Source: an uncultured Gammaproteobacteria bacterium (GTDB lineage Bacteria; Patescibacteriota; Microgenomatia; Levybacterales; UBA12049). From it: a stretch of DNA of 64,000 nucleotides. The notes beneath the pieces are model-generated. The model searched no databases, was not told the DNA's origin, and worked only from the letters and a program-made list of their open reading frames with translations. A program made the position numbers and the translations under genes. Shown in pieces: positions 37,588 through 48,245 of the stretch. Positions within the stretch are counted from its first letter, which is position 1. Every line of letters begins with the position of its first letter. The stretch is taken from the NCBI GenBank assembly GCA_964507055.1, contig CAZDOJ010000001.1, forward strand, positions 1,041,313 to 1,105,312. Direction: 5' to 3'.

Positions 37588-38978
37588 TATATAACACAAA
37601 AAGCTTATTAAATAGAAAAGTTCCAGCCTATGCGGGTATTTTTGTCCTGCTTATGACATTGGGATTAACTGTACTACTTAGTGGGAATAGCGTACAGTTT
37701 GTGAGTAAAGCAACTATTGGTAGTGAACCTAAAAATCTCCAGGTCAGCAATATTACAGCTACATCGTTTACTGTTTCATATGAAACCGATCAAACAGCAG
37801 TGAGTACAATTGCCTATGGAAAAGACTCATCTTTGGGCAATGTAGCACAGGATGTCAGAGATATACAAAATGGTGGACCGGTGGAGCATAGAATCCATTA
37901 TGTCACTATTCAAAATCTTGAACCTGGAACTCGTTACTACTATACAATTACATCTGGAGCAACTGTTGCAGATAATAGTGGATCTCCATTTGAGATTACA
38001 ACACCAGCAAATGTTTCTTCGCCACCACCTGCAAATGGAACAATTTCAGGTTCAGTTGCTCTTGAAGATGGAACATTTCCAAATGAAAGTATTGTCTATA
38101 TCTCATCAGACAATTCACAACTTATCTCTGCACTTGTCCAACCTGATGGACGGTTCACGACCTCACTTGCACAATTACGAACTAAGGATCTCGCTACATA
38201 CTTACCAATTCTTGAAAAAACTCCATTAAAAATAACTGCGACAAATGCAGCACTACAATCTGAAGTTTCAGTTGTTGGAGAACAATTAGCAGAAGTTCCT
38301 AAAATTATTCTGTCAAAGAATTATGATTTCACATTAAGCGGTGATGACCCTTTGGCAAGTGATTCAGGAAGTTCCGCTTCGCAATCTGCTGGTTTCCCTA
38401 TCTTTGATGAACAAGTTTCAGTAAACTCACCAACAATCACTACCCCAGAAGATCAGCAAATTTTCAAAGACCCTCAACCACTTTTTAAAGGACGTGCACT
38501 ACCAAACACTGGAATAGAAATTGTTATTAGCTCTGATAATGAAATTGTAGCCTCATTACAAAGCGATTCAACTGGATTATGGGAGTTCAGGCCTCCAGTA
38601 GAATTGAGTCCTGGACCTCATACTATTACTATTTCATCAATTGATGCGAAAGGTGCTTTACAAAAACTCTCACGATCTTTCACAGTTAATGCTTCTGGAG
38701 GCCAATTTACAGAACCTTCTGTATCACCTATTCAACCAACACAAGGTCCACCAGTTACACCAACTGTTGCATCACTCCCCTCTCCTACTCCAACTTTGGC
38801 TCCATCGCCAACAGCAACGCCAACGGCAATTCCAAGCCCAACAATTGATCCTAATGCGATAAGTCCAACTCGCGGTCCCCTGTCCCCTACTGGAAGTTAT
38901 TCAACCGTCGCAGGAATAATTACTAGTATGCTTTTCTTAGCTGGTGGTGTTATACTATTCTTCACAATTGCTGTGTAA
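37584..38978 (+). CDS. fibronectin type III domain cell-surface protein with Pro/Thr linker and C-terminal TM anchor
   Basis: N-terminal TM, an FN3-like module (LQVSNITATSFTVSYETD...LEPGTRYYYTITS), a second Ig-like region, a PTPTxxP low-complexity linker and a C-terminal hydrophobic helix. Confidence 0.6.
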   Translation: MIYNTKSLLNRKVPAYAGIFVLLMTLGLTVLLSGNSVQFVSKATIGSEPKNLQVSNITATSFTVSYETDQTAVSTIAYGKDSSLGNVAQDVRDIQNGGPVEHRIHYVTIQNLEPGTRYYYTITSGATVADNSGSPFEITTPANVSSPPPANGTISGSVALEDGTFPNESIVYISSDNSQLISALVQPDGRFTTSLAQLRTKDLATYLPILEKTPLKITATNAALQSEVSVVGEQLAEVPKIILSKNYDFTLSGDDPLASDSGSSASQSAGFPIFDEQVSVNSPTITTPEDQQIFKDPQPLFKGRALPNTGIEIVISSDNEIVASLQSDSTGLWEFRPPVELSPGPHTITISSIDAKGALQKLSRSFTVNASGGQFTEPSVSPIQPTQGPPVTPTVASLPSPTPTLAPSPTATPTAIPSPTIDPNAISPTRGPLSPTGSYSTVAGIITSMLFLAGGVILFFTIAV

Positions 38979-39005
38979 TAACAGCAAAAACTCAATAACT
39001 TAACT

Positions 39006-40289
39006 ATGAAGATTGCTATTATCGGTGCAGGATTTACAGGACTTTCAGCAGGATACCAACTCGCAAAACAAGGGCATTCCGTTACACTATTTGAAAAAGA
39101 TTCTCAGCCGGGAGGACTTGCTATTGGTTTTAAGGAGAAGGACTGGGAATGGACTGTCGAGAAACACTACCATCATTGGTTTACAAATGATACCTTTGTA
39201 CTCGACCTAGCAAAAGAGATTAATTACAATGTTTTAATTAGAACTCCAAAGTCATCATTTTTCATTGATAACGCTCCTTATAAATTTGACTCACCAACAG
39301 CAATTCTTTCCTTCCCAAAACTTCCTATGCTTGATAAGCTTCGTATGGCAGCGGTCTTTGCTTTCCTTTTTAGAATAAACCCATTCTGGAGAAGCTTAGA
39401 AAAGTACAAGGTGTCTGATTTTGTACCAAAATTAATTGGAAACAAAGCATATGAAATGTTATGGAAACCACAACTTGTCAATAAAATGGGTATCCACGCG
39501 GATAAAATTTCGCTTGTTTGGTTTTGGGCAAGAGTTAAAAAGAGAACTACATCCTTAGCTTATCCTGAGGGAGGATTTTTACCTTTTGCACAAGCAGTTG
39601 TCAAAGCAATTGAAGAAAAGGATGGAAAAATTAAATTTAATAAGGAAGTGGTAGAGATTACAGAAAAAAGAAATGTAACTTCTGTTTCTTATCGCGGGAC
39701 CAACAAAAGAAGGAAAACAGAGCAATTCGATAAAGTTATTTTTACTCTTCCATCTTTTCTTTTTCTTAAAACAACTCCTCAACTTCCTAAGAAGTATACG
39801 CAATCGTTAGTAAGACTGCAGGGCCTAAGTGCAACCAATATGTTACTCCGATTGAAAAAGCCTTTTTTCAAAGACAATACGTATTGGCTCAGTATTTGTG
39901 AACAGGATGCACCAATCATGGCAATTATTGAACATACTAATTTTATGGATAAAAAGCATTTTAATAATGAACATCTTGTCTATGTCGGAAATTATGCATT
40001 CACAGACGATAAACTCGACCTCACAAAAGAGAAACTACTTCCAATGTATGACTCATTCTTGAAAAAAATTAATAAAGATTATCGAAAAAACCTCATTGGC
40101 TACGAATTATTCAAAGCTCCATTTGCACAACCTATCGTGCCAACAAACTATTCAAAAATGATTCCAGCAATGAAAACACCTCTAAAAAATGTCGTACTTG
40201 CCAATATTGAGCAAGTATATCCTTGGGATCGAGGTACGAATTACGCAGTCGAACTCGGCGAGAAAGCTGCAGACTTAATAACAAAATAA
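39006..40289 (+). CDS. FAD-dependent oxidoreductase, UDP-galactopyranose mutase-like
   Basis: Rossmann GxGxxG at the N-terminus (KIAIIGAGFTGLSAGYQLAK), then PGGLAIGF...HYHHWFTNDTFVLDLAKE. This resembles the Glf pattern (GG.A.T......H.FHTND..VWDYV). Confidence 0.5.
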   Translation: MKIAIIGAGFTGLSAGYQLAKQGHSVTLFEKDSQPGGLAIGFKEKDWEWTVEKHYHHWFTNDTFVLDLAKEINYNVLIRTPKSSFFIDNAPYKFDSPTAILSFPKLPMLDKLRMAAVFAFLFRINPFWRSLEKYKVSDFVPKLIGNKAYEMLWKPQLVNKMGIHADKISLVWFWARVKKRTTSLAYPEGGFLPFAQAVVKAIEEKDGKIKFNKEVVEITEKRNVTSVSYRGTNKRRKTEQFDKVIFTLPSFLFLKTTPQLPKKYTQSLVRLQGLSATNMLLRLKKPFFKDNTYWLSICEQDAPIMAIIEHTNFMDKKHFNNEHLVYVGNYAFTDDKLDLTKEKLLPMYDSFLKKINKDYRKNLIGYELFKAPFAQPIVPTNYSKMIPAMKTPLKNVVLANIEQVYPWDRGTNYAVELGEKAADLITK

Positions 40290-40327
40290 ACCTTTTTTTC
40301 GCATTTTTCGATATAATAAAGAGATCT

Positions 40328-41992
40328 ATGCAACTGATCCTCAAACACAAATACTATCTCTTCGTAACGGCATTAACTATTTTAGGAACTATACTTCATT
40401 TTTATAATCTTAATTGGGGTGCTCCGTTTTATTTCCATCCTGATGAACGAAACATCGCAAGTGCGATATCACAATTACGATTTCCTGAACAAATGAATCC
40501 TAATTTTTTTGCTTATGGATCTTTCCCAATTTATGTCGTTTTCTTCACAGGAATTATTTCTAATAGTATGATGAACCATCCAATCAACATGGTTTCTTTT
40601 GAGCAAGCGATCATTATTGGTCGCATCTATTCAGCCATTTTTGCCACGGCATTGATTCCTTTACTGTATATTTTGGGACAAAGATTACATGATAAACGCA
40701 CGGGAGTAATTGCAGCAACATTTGTGACGCTCAGTACAGGCTTTATCCAATTTGCACATTTTGGGACATTTGAACTATGGCTCACATTTTTCACCATATT
40801 GTTATTTTGGCTCTGCATCAAAATCCTTCATGCTAGAAATATTTTTACTTTATTGGCACTCGGATTGGTATGCGGAATACTCGTCGCAACAAAAATTTCT
40901 CATGTGGTGATAGTAGTCCTTCCTTTTATGGCACTCCTTGTGTCGCATATCAAAAATACAAAGAATGCTCATCATAAAATAGTACGCGTTCTTTTCTTTA
41001 TACAAGAATTGGCAATAATAGCTGTGGGAACACTTCTTGTGTACTTCATTACAAACCCCTTTGTAGTGCTTGATTTCAAATCATTTCTTGCAAGCATGCA
41101 ATATGAGTCAAGCGTCGGACTCAATACTCTCCCAGTTTTTTATACACAAGGATTTTATGAAACAATTCCTGTCCTTTATCAATTCGTACATATTTATCCA
41201 TTTCTTATTAATCCATTAATGACGATACTTCTTATCCCCTCTTTTCTCTATCTATTACTATTGAGTATTCGATCAAAAAATATGCAATATCTTTTATTGC
41301 TTGGAACTTTTGTAATTCTTTTCGCTTCCCAATCATTTCTTTTTATTAAATGGACTCGATATATGGTGCCGACACTTCCCTTTCTTTATCTAATCATTGC
41401 ACTTGCAATAACACATATACTTTTTACGAAAAGGATTACTCTCAAAAAATCACTTCATACTAGTATGAGAGTGCTTGTTATTATCATTTTTCTTATATGT
41501 ACAACCTTCTCTTTCTCTTATTTTATCAGTGCTTTCATACAACCCGACACAAGGATTGCTGCTGCGACATTTGCAAAACAATCAATACCATCAGATGCTG
41601 CCATTTTTTCTGAAACATATGACATTGGGATAACTCCGTTTAATGGAAGTTTTCAAAATATTCATATATTCAATACCTATGATCTCGATAGCAAATCTCT
41701 CGAATATAATGAGCAAACATTGAGAACAGCACTGGAAAGATCCGAGTATATTATCCTGCCAAGTCAAAGAGTCTTACAGACTCGACTCAATAATCCTCAG
41801 CGATATCCGATTGGGAATAGATTCTATACTTCACTTCTCAATGGAAGTCTGAGCTTTACAAAAAAATATGAGACATCTTGCGATATATATTGCCAAATAG
41901 CGTATCTTGGTGATCCTGTATATCACTTTGAACAAACAACCAATGTTTTTGATCGACCTACTGTTTTTATTCTTAAAAGGGAGACATTATAA
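40328..41992 (+). CDS. GT-C fold glycosyltransferase (family 39/ArnT/PMT-like)
   Basis: Polytopic membrane protein (>=10 TM) with an HPDERN loop motif after TM1, typical of GT39/PMT_2-type transferases. Start trimmed to MQLILKH. Confidence 0.65.
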   Translation: MQLILKHKYYLFVTALTILGTILHFYNLNWGAPFYFHPDERNIASAISQLRFPEQMNPNFFAYGSFPIYVVFFTGIISNSMMNHPINMVSFEQAIIIGRIYSAIFATALIPLLYILGQRLHDKRTGVIAATFVTLSTGFIQFAHFGTFELWLTFFTILLFWLCIKILHARNIFTLLALGLVCGILVATKISHVVIVVLPFMALLVSHIKNTKNAHHKIVRVLFFIQELAIIAVGTLLVYFITNPFVVLDFKSFLASMQYESSVGLNTLPVFYTQGFYETIPVLYQFVHIYPFLINPLMTILLIPSFLYLLLLSIRSKNMQYLLLLGTFVILFASQSFLFIKWTRYMVPTLPFLYLIIALAITHILFTKRITLKKSLHTSMRVLVIIIFLICTTFSFSYFISAFIQPDTRIAAATFAKQSIPSDAAIFSETYDIGITPFNGSFQNIHIFNTYDLDSKSLEYNEQTLRTALERSEYIILPSQRVLQTRLNNPQRYPIGNRFYTSLLNGSLSFTKKYETSCDIYCQIAYLGDPVYHFEQTTNVFDRPTVFILKRETL

Positions 41993-42025
41993 ATTTCGTG
42001 CAACAAATATAGTACAATTAATTTT

Positions 42026-43705
42026 ATGAATAAACAGAATCTTATTTCGAAATTACTACTTCTTCTCATTGTTCTTCTTGGTGGCTTCTTGCGTTTTTAT
42101 GATATTGATTGGGATCAAGGACAACATCTTCATCCAGATGAAAGATTTTTGACGATGGTGGCAACAGCAATGACGACTCCACCTTCATTAGGAGATTATC
42201 TCAATCCAGCAACATCGACTTTTAATCCTGCAAACATTGGTCATTCTTTTTATGTGTATGGCACGCTACCGGTCGTCGTAACAAAACTTATAGCGATTCC
42301 TTTGGGTTTTGATAATTATGGAGATATTACAATTTTGGGTAGATTACTTTCTGGATTTGTAGACATCCTTGCAATCATAGTTATTTATAAAATTGTTGCC
42401 TTGTTAGAAAAAAAGCATAAACTTCATTCGCATATTAAATACTGTGCCGCATTCTTTTATGCCATTGCTGTGTTACCGATTCAGTTGTCACATTATTTTG
42501 CAGTTGATACGTTCCTTAGTTTTTTTATGTTGACATCATTTTACTTTATGCTTCGTTTTAGTTATACAAAAAATATATTTTTTATAATTTTCAGTGCAGC
42601 TTTTTTTGGATTGGCAATTGGATCTAAAATAAGTGCAATTTATATTGCTCCCTTACTTGGTTTCTTTCTTATAAAAACATATATCCCACATTTTTCAATT
42701 CCGAAAAAATCTATTCCCCACATCATCTTGCCAGGGTTATTATTTTGTTTAGTTTCATATGTTATTGGAAGATTAGCTGATCCTTATCTATTCCAAACAG
42801 GTAATATAATTGATCCAACAATAAATGCACTTTTCCTACAAAACATAGAAGCACTAAAGAATTGGGGAAGTGCCGATGCATGGTTCCCACCAAGTGTCCA
42901 ATGGATTAATAAAACTCCTATTGTTTATCCTTTGATTAATCTTTCAATACTGGGCATTGGCGTAGGTTTCAGTATTCTTGTAATTTTTGGCATTATTCAG
43001 CTTTTCAAAAGATATGGTGCTGTAGACTTTATAGCAATTTTCTCATGGGTACTCTTCTTTTTTCTTTATCAGGGATTACAGTTCTCGACAACGATGCGAT
43101 ACTTTTTGCCGATCTATCCTTTCCTTGCGATCCTTGCCGCAATAGGCTTTTACGAACTAACAAAACATTGGTCAAATATGATTAAAGTACTTTGTATTAT
43201 TCCGATTATTTTATGGACTATGCTTTTCTTTTCAATATACACAACCGTACATAGCCGCAACGCAGCGAGTATTTGGATCTACGATAATATTCCGAGCGGA
43301 TATACACTCTTAAGTGAACACTGGGATGATAGCTTGCCACTTGGAACGAATCCCCCTTCACAAAAAACATATACATTTGAACAACTTCCAGTATTCGATC
43401 CAGATACACCAGAGAAATGGCAGAAGATGAATGATTTACTAAATCGTGGTGACTACATGGTGCTCTCTTCTAATCGTGGTTGGGGTAGTATCCCAACTGT
43501 GCCGGAGAGATATCCCCAAACGACAAAATATTATGAAGATCTCTTTGATGGTAATTCTAAGTATAAAAAAGTGGCAGAATTTACTTCATATCCTTCATTA
43601 CATTACTTAGGTATCCCCATCAGTATTCCTGATGACTGGGCAGAGGAAGCTTTTACAGTCTACGATCATCCGAAAGTAATGATCTTTGAAAACACCGCAA
43701 AATGA
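42026..43705 (+). CDS. GT-C fold glycosyltransferase (family 39/ArnT/PMT-like), paralog
   Basis: Same architecture as the upstream gene, with an HPDERF loop motif and a ~150-aa soluble C-terminal domain. Confidence 0.65.
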   Translation: MNKQNLISKLLLLLIVLLGGFLRFYDIDWDQGQHLHPDERFLTMVATAMTTPPSLGDYLNPATSTFNPANIGHSFYVYGTLPVVVTKLIAIPLGFDNYGDITILGRLLSGFVDILAIIVIYKIVALLEKKHKLHSHIKYCAAFFYAIAVLPIQLSHYFAVDTFLSFFMLTSFYFMLRFSYTKNIFFIIFSAAFFGLAIGSKISAIYIAPLLGFFLIKTYIPHFSIPKKSIPHIILPGLLFCLVSYVIGRLADPYLFQTGNIIDPTINALFLQNIEALKNWGSADAWFPPSVQWINKTPIVYPLINLSILGIGVGFSILVIFGIIQLFKRYGAVDFIAIFSWVLFFFLYQGLQFSTTMRYFLPIYPFLAILAAIGFYELTKHWSNMIKVLCIIPIILWTMLFFSIYTTVHSRNAASIWIYDNIPSGYTLLSEHWDDSLPLGTNPPSQKTYTFEQLPVFDPDTPEKWQKMNDLLNRGDYMVLSSNRGWGSIPTVPERYPQTTKYYEDLFDGNSKYKKVAEFTSYPSLHYLGIPISIPDDWAEEAFTVYDHPKVMIFENTAK

Positions 43706-43706
43706 A

Positions 43707-44858
43707 TTACTGCAGTAGAGATTTATATGCTTCTAAAACTCTTTGCGTTGAGTAGACTTCACGAATATCCTTTTGACTCTTAACGTAGCTCTTTCGATAT
43801 CGAAGAACTTGTACTATTTTATCTGCTATATCTTTTGCATTTTTTATTTTTACTATTTCCCCCATTCCCGTTTGTTGCACAACAGTTCTAACCCCAGGTA
43901 AATTCGAAGCTACAACTGGTGTTCCACAATACATTGCTTCAACTTGAACCATTCCAAAAACTTCAGTGGGATTTATACTTGGCAAAACGAGGACATCAAG
44001 AAGATTATAAAATGCTCCCATTTCGTCGTCGGTTAGTTCGCCGACGTTTATTATGGAATCTTTATACTCCTCCATATATTTATTAATTCTTTTTCTATAT
44101 GCATTCTCACCAACTACCTGTTGTGGCCCTACAAGCAAAATCGCAAATGGCCTATTAAGTAATTTCTGGATACGCGGAATCGACTCAAAGACATATTCTA
44201 TTCCCTTTTCGGTAGAAAGCCTTCCAACAAAGCCGATATAAGAGATATCCCCAGTTGGCAATTTCTTCAATAGATTCTTTTGTGATGTAGATGATATTTT
44301 CGGTTCGACGATTACTGGTGGGATGAAGGCAATAGGCTTTGTAATATTTCTTAATAACTTGGATGAACTCTTATAATCTTTTGTTAAAGTAACAACATCG
44401 TTAGATTGCTTTATGGTCAATGCATTACTCCACTGCAGAACATTCATAATGAATGTCTCAAGAAAATCACCTTTCATGGTCACGTCACATATATAAATAC
44501 TGTGAACCTTCTTCCCAAGCATTTTTGCAACAACTGCGACAATAAACCCTTCAAATTGAGGAAGATTAATCAGGACCTGGTCTGATGACTTAACATATCT
44601 AATTACTTCAAACAGCCATCCTGGCATAAAAAAACCTTTACTAAGTTTAAATACATATGGAACTCTATGGACGATAACCTTATTAATTTTTTCCTTACGA
44701 GGTAGTGACCTTGTATGTTGTGCTGTAATTACATTAACTTCATATCCATTCTTGGCGAGTAATTCTGCAACATTTTTTATAGAATTTGTTAAACCACTGA
44801 TATGTGGCGAATAATATGCTGCACTAATAAGTAATTTCATAGATTTAAGCTTTTGCAA
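43707..44858 (-). CDS. GT-B glycosyltransferase, family 4 (GT1 superfamily)
   Basis: C-terminal EX7E-type motif (VEAMYCGTPVVASNLPGV), GRLSTEKG nucleotide-sugar binding loop. Confidence 0.8.
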   Translation of the reverse strand: MQKLKSMKLLISAAYYSPHISGLTNSIKNVAELLAKNGYEVNVITAQHTRSLPRKEKINKVIVHRVPYVFKLSKGFFMPGWLFEVIRYVKSSDQVLINLPQFEGFIVAVVAKMLGKKVHSIYICDVTMKGDFLETFIMNVLQWSNALTIKQSNDVVTLTKDYKSSSKLLRNITKPIAFIPPVIVEPKISSTSQKNLLKKLPTGDISYIGFVGRLSTEKGIEYVFESIPRIQKLLNRPFAILLVGPQQVVGENAYRKRINKYMEEYKDSIINVGELTDDEMGAFYNLLDVLVLPSINPTEVFGMVQVEAMYCGTPVVASNLPGVRTVVQQTGMGEIVKIKNAKDIADKIVQVLRYRKSYVKSQKDIREVYSTQRVLEAYKSLLQ

Positions 44859-44898
44859 AAGTAATACCCTGTGGTATACAATACATTATACTACTGTT

Positions 44899-45456
44899 AT
44901 GAAGATAGGATTTGATTTAGATAGAATTTTTATTAATACCCCACCGCTTGTTCCCGGTAATATTATTTCAAAACTTTATAAAAAAAAGGATAATGGAGTA
45001 TTACTTTATCGTATCCCTTCACATTCCGAGCAACTTTTCCGTAAAGTTACGCATCATCCCTTTCTCCGTCCACCTATAGAAGAAAATCTAGCAATACTTC
45101 GAACCATCTCAAAAAATGATAATAGGCTTTATCTTATTTCGAGTAGGTATAAGTTTCTTGAAGACATTACAACTAAACTTGTCAAGAAACATGGTTTAGA
45201 CGGAATTTTTGAAAAGCTGTATTTTAATTACGAAAATAAACAACCACACATGTTTAAAAATGAAGTGTTAAAGAAACTTAAACTCGATATGTATATTGAT
45301 GATGATCTCTCATTATTACAATTTGTTGCAAGGGATAACCCAAAGACGAAGTTTTATTGGCTTGAAACAGATGAGAAAGATAGTGCTCTTGCTCATCATA
45401 AAACTTTAGAAAAAAATGTCTTTCCTATAACACATTTATCCACTATACTAAGCTAA
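44899..45456 (+). CDS. HAD-superfamily-like hydrolase (divergent)
   Basis: FDLDRIF at the N-terminus (motif I-like DxD), LISSR (motif II Ser) and a MYIDDD (motif IV-like) arrangement. Confidence 0.35.
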   Translation: MKIGFDLDRIFINTPPLVPGNIISKLYKKKDNGVLLYRIPSHSEQLFRKVTHHPFLRPPIEENLAILRTISKNDNRLYLISSRYKFLEDITTKLVKKHGLDGIFEKLYFNYENKQPHMFKNEVLKKLKLDMYIDDDLSLLQFVARDNPKTKFYWLETDEKDSALAHHKTLEKNVFPITHLSTILS

Positions 45457-45457
45457 T

Positions 45458-47731
45458 ATGATACCATCTGACATTTATGCAGTATTTCAATGGTGGTCGA
45501 TAATTTTTTTGATCGGCATCGGTTTCCTCCCACTTACTTTTCTCTTATTTGATAAGTTTTTTGATAAAGGCTACATATTTGCTAAATTAATTGGACTCAT
45601 TCTTATTGGTTATTTGGTATTTGTTCTTGGTGTATTTAAGGTACTTCCTTTTACCACTATTAGTATCTTTGTAGTATTTTTTATAGCTATAGTTGCACAA
45701 ATAGTTCTTCTGCCTAAAAAATGGCGAATTCTTTATGTTCTTAAGAAATTTTGGCCAATCTTTATTATAGAAGAAGTTTTATTCCTTGCAGTTCTTTTTG
45801 TTTGGGCATATATACATTCTTTTGCTCCGGATATTCATGGATTGGAAAAGTATATGGACTTCGGGTTTATTAATTCATTTTTGCGATCTGATTACTTGCC
45901 AGCAAAAGACATGTGGTTTACACCATTTACTATCAACTATTACTATTTTGGACATTTAGTAACAGCCATGCTTACAAAAATGTCAGGGCTTTCATCAGCA
46001 ATTACATTTAATCTCATGCTTTCAACAATAGTAGCTTTTTGTTTTGTCCAAACATTTTCTATCGGAGCAAATTTGTATGTGCATCTGACACAGAATCCAA
46101 GAATTGCGAAGTTAAAACTTGCAGTTGCAGGACTTCTCAGTGCAGCACTCGTAACATTTGCAGGAAACCTCCATATTTTCTATTCATTTTTTAAACCTTA
46201 TAAGGCAGATGCACCTGTTCCGTTTTGGCAATTACAATTTAGTCCAATGGACTTCCCAAACTCATACTGGTATCCTAATGCAACGCGTTTTATTTATAAC
46301 ACGATTCATGAGTTCCCAATCTACTCATGGGTTGTTGCGGACTTACATGGACATGTTTTAGATATACCTTTTGTTCTGTTAATAATCGGTATGCTCTTTG
46401 CATTTGTTCTCAATCATACTATTAAAAATCCTGATGAAGAGCAAAAACTTAATAATACATTTCAAGTTCACCCACTTTTTCTTATATTTACAGGACTTTT
46501 ACTAGCTTGCATGTATATGACAAATGCATGGGACGGAGCAATATACTTATTACTTGTGGGACTCGTTCTTCTGTATGTTCACGGCACGAAATCTGCACTT
46601 TATAAAAAGGCATTTGAACCAGAAGAACCGGAGGTACAAGTTATAAAAAAAACAAGCGATTCAGCAAAGAAAATAAAGAGGATTAAAGAATGGCAATTCG
46701 CAATGGGTAGAGATTTTATACTCGCTTTCTTAGTTGTACTTGCTTCCTTCTTTGCATTTACTACTCCATATAATTTAAATTTTGATCCATTTGTTTCTGG
46801 CATTGGTGTTCTTTGTGCACCAGAGTTTTTAACGAATATGCAAAAGATTGGTCCGTTCCTTTTTGAAGCGAATCATTGCCAAAAATCCCTGCCATGGCAA
46901 CTATTTACGTTATACGGATTCTTCTATTTCTTTGTCGTCATTTTTGCTATCGCTATTCTGCGTGCGAAAGAACATAAGGCAACCGATATTTTTGTATTGA
47001 TGCTTATTATCCTCTCAACATTCTTGATTATTATTCCTGAGTTTTTCTATGTAAAAGATATCTATCCAGCACATTATCGAGCAAATACCATGTTTAAACT
47101 TGTCTTCCAGGCATTCATAATGCTTGGAATCAGTAGTGCATACATCATTGTTCGATCATTTGTCCTTATGCAATTTTCGAACCTCAGTGTATTAAAACGG
47201 CTTGGAATGATTTTTTATCTTTTTACGACAATAACTCTTGTCTATTTTGTACTCACATACCCGTATCTTGCTGTGAAAGCCTACTATGGAGACTTTAAGA
47301 ATTACCAAGGACTCAACGGTGTAGCATATTTGCAAAAACTCTATCCAGCAGATTATGCGGCGATTGCTTGGCTCAACGATAATGTAAAAGGACAACCTGT
47401 GATTCTTGAAGCACAGGGAGATTCATATACAGATTTTGGACGTGTATCAAGTAATACAGGTTTACCAACAGTTCTTGGATGGACAGTTCACGAATGGCTA
47501 TGGAGAGGTTCCTATGATATTCCTTCTCCAAGGATAGAAGAGGTAAAAACGCTTTATGAGACAAGTAATATCAACACTACGAAAAATCTTATTAAGAAAT
47601 ATGACATCAAGTATGTATTTATAGGCAATATGGAATATCAAAAGCATCCAAATCTTGATGCAGATAAATTCAATCAGTTAGGAGAAATCGTTTTTCAGAA
47701 AGATAATACAAAGATATATAAATTAAAGTAA
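45458..47731 (+). CDS. DUF2298 / 'YYY'-motif polytopic membrane protein (putative glycosyltransferase)
   Basis: 757 aa with >=14 TM helices and the TINYYYFGH motif of the Chlor_Arch_YYY/DUF2298 family, plus a soluble C-terminal domain. Confidence 0.6.
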   Translation: MIPSDIYAVFQWWSIIFLIGIGFLPLTFLLFDKFFDKGYIFAKLIGLILIGYLVFVLGVFKVLPFTTISIFVVFFIAIVAQIVLLPKKWRILYVLKKFWPIFIIEEVLFLAVLFVWAYIHSFAPDIHGLEKYMDFGFINSFLRSDYLPAKDMWFTPFTINYYYFGHLVTAMLTKMSGLSSAITFNLMLSTIVAFCFVQTFSIGANLYVHLTQNPRIAKLKLAVAGLLSAALVTFAGNLHIFYSFFKPYKADAPVPFWQLQFSPMDFPNSYWYPNATRFIYNTIHEFPIYSWVVADLHGHVLDIPFVLLIIGMLFAFVLNHTIKNPDEEQKLNNTFQVHPLFLIFTGLLLACMYMTNAWDGAIYLLLVGLVLLYVHGTKSALYKKAFEPEEPEVQVIKKTSDSAKKIKRIKEWQFAMGRDFILAFLVVLASFFAFTTPYNLNFDPFVSGIGVLCAPEFLTNMQKIGPFLFEANHCQKSLPWQLFTLYGFFYFFVVIFAIAILRAKEHKATDIFVLMLIILSTFLIIIPEFFYVKDIYPAHYRANTMFKLVFQAFIMLGISSAYIIVRSFVLMQFSNLSVLKRLGMIFYLFTTITLVYFVLTYPYLAVKAYYGDFKNYQGLNGVAYLQKLYPADYAAIAWLNDNVKGQPVILEAQGDSYTDFGRVSSNTGLPTVLGWTVHEWLWRGSYDIPSPRIEEVKTLYETSNINTTKNLIKKYDIKYVFIGNMEYQKHPNLDADKFNQLGEIVFQKDNTKIYKLK

Positions 47732-47737
47732 ACACCT

Positions 47738-48241
47738 TTAACGAAATTTTAAGGAATTATTATTAAGTAGAGAAAATCCTTTTATTATTGCTTGAATTTC
47801 AACATCCTCAGCTGTTTTTATATCGCTGACAATACTTGTTAAAATTTCATCTTGAGTAAACCATCCAAACATCGAATGATCCTCTGAATGTAATTCCATT
47901 TCACTCAAAGGCGAAGTAAACTGTGCAAAATAAATAACCTCGATCGAATGTGAACCTTTTATGTTATTACTATACGTGAATGCCGCAAAAGGATCACCCA
48001 CTGAAATATCCATATTAAATTCTTCCTTTATCTCTCTTTTTAAACCAGCCACAATATCTTCACCAAATTCAATATGTCCTCCAGGGACCTCGAATACATC
48101 AGGTAAGAATTTTTTTGCAGTGGCTCTTTTAGGAAGAAACACCTTACGAACACCATCTATTGATGTATGAATAAACGCACAAGCTGTTATAACTTGCTGC
48201 CCATAAGCAGGTACTTCACTGTCGTGAGAGATCTTATTCAT
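47738..48241 (-). CDS. Nudix hydrolase
   Basis: Nudix box GGHIEFGEDIVAGLKREIKEEFN (Gx5Ex7REUxEExGU with the last G replaced by N). Start trimmed to MNKISHD to avoid an 83-nt overlap with the upstream LCP gene. Confidence 0.7.
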   Translation of the reverse strand: MNKISHDSEVPAYGQQVITACAFIHTSIDGVRKVFLPKRATAKKFLPDVFEVPGGHIEFGEDIVAGLKREIKEEFNMDISVGDPFAAFTYSNNIKGSHSIEVIYFAQFTSPLSEMELHSEDHSMFGWFTQDEILTSIVSDIKTAEDVEIQAIIKGFSLLNNNSLKFR

Positions 48242-48245
48242 AGTA

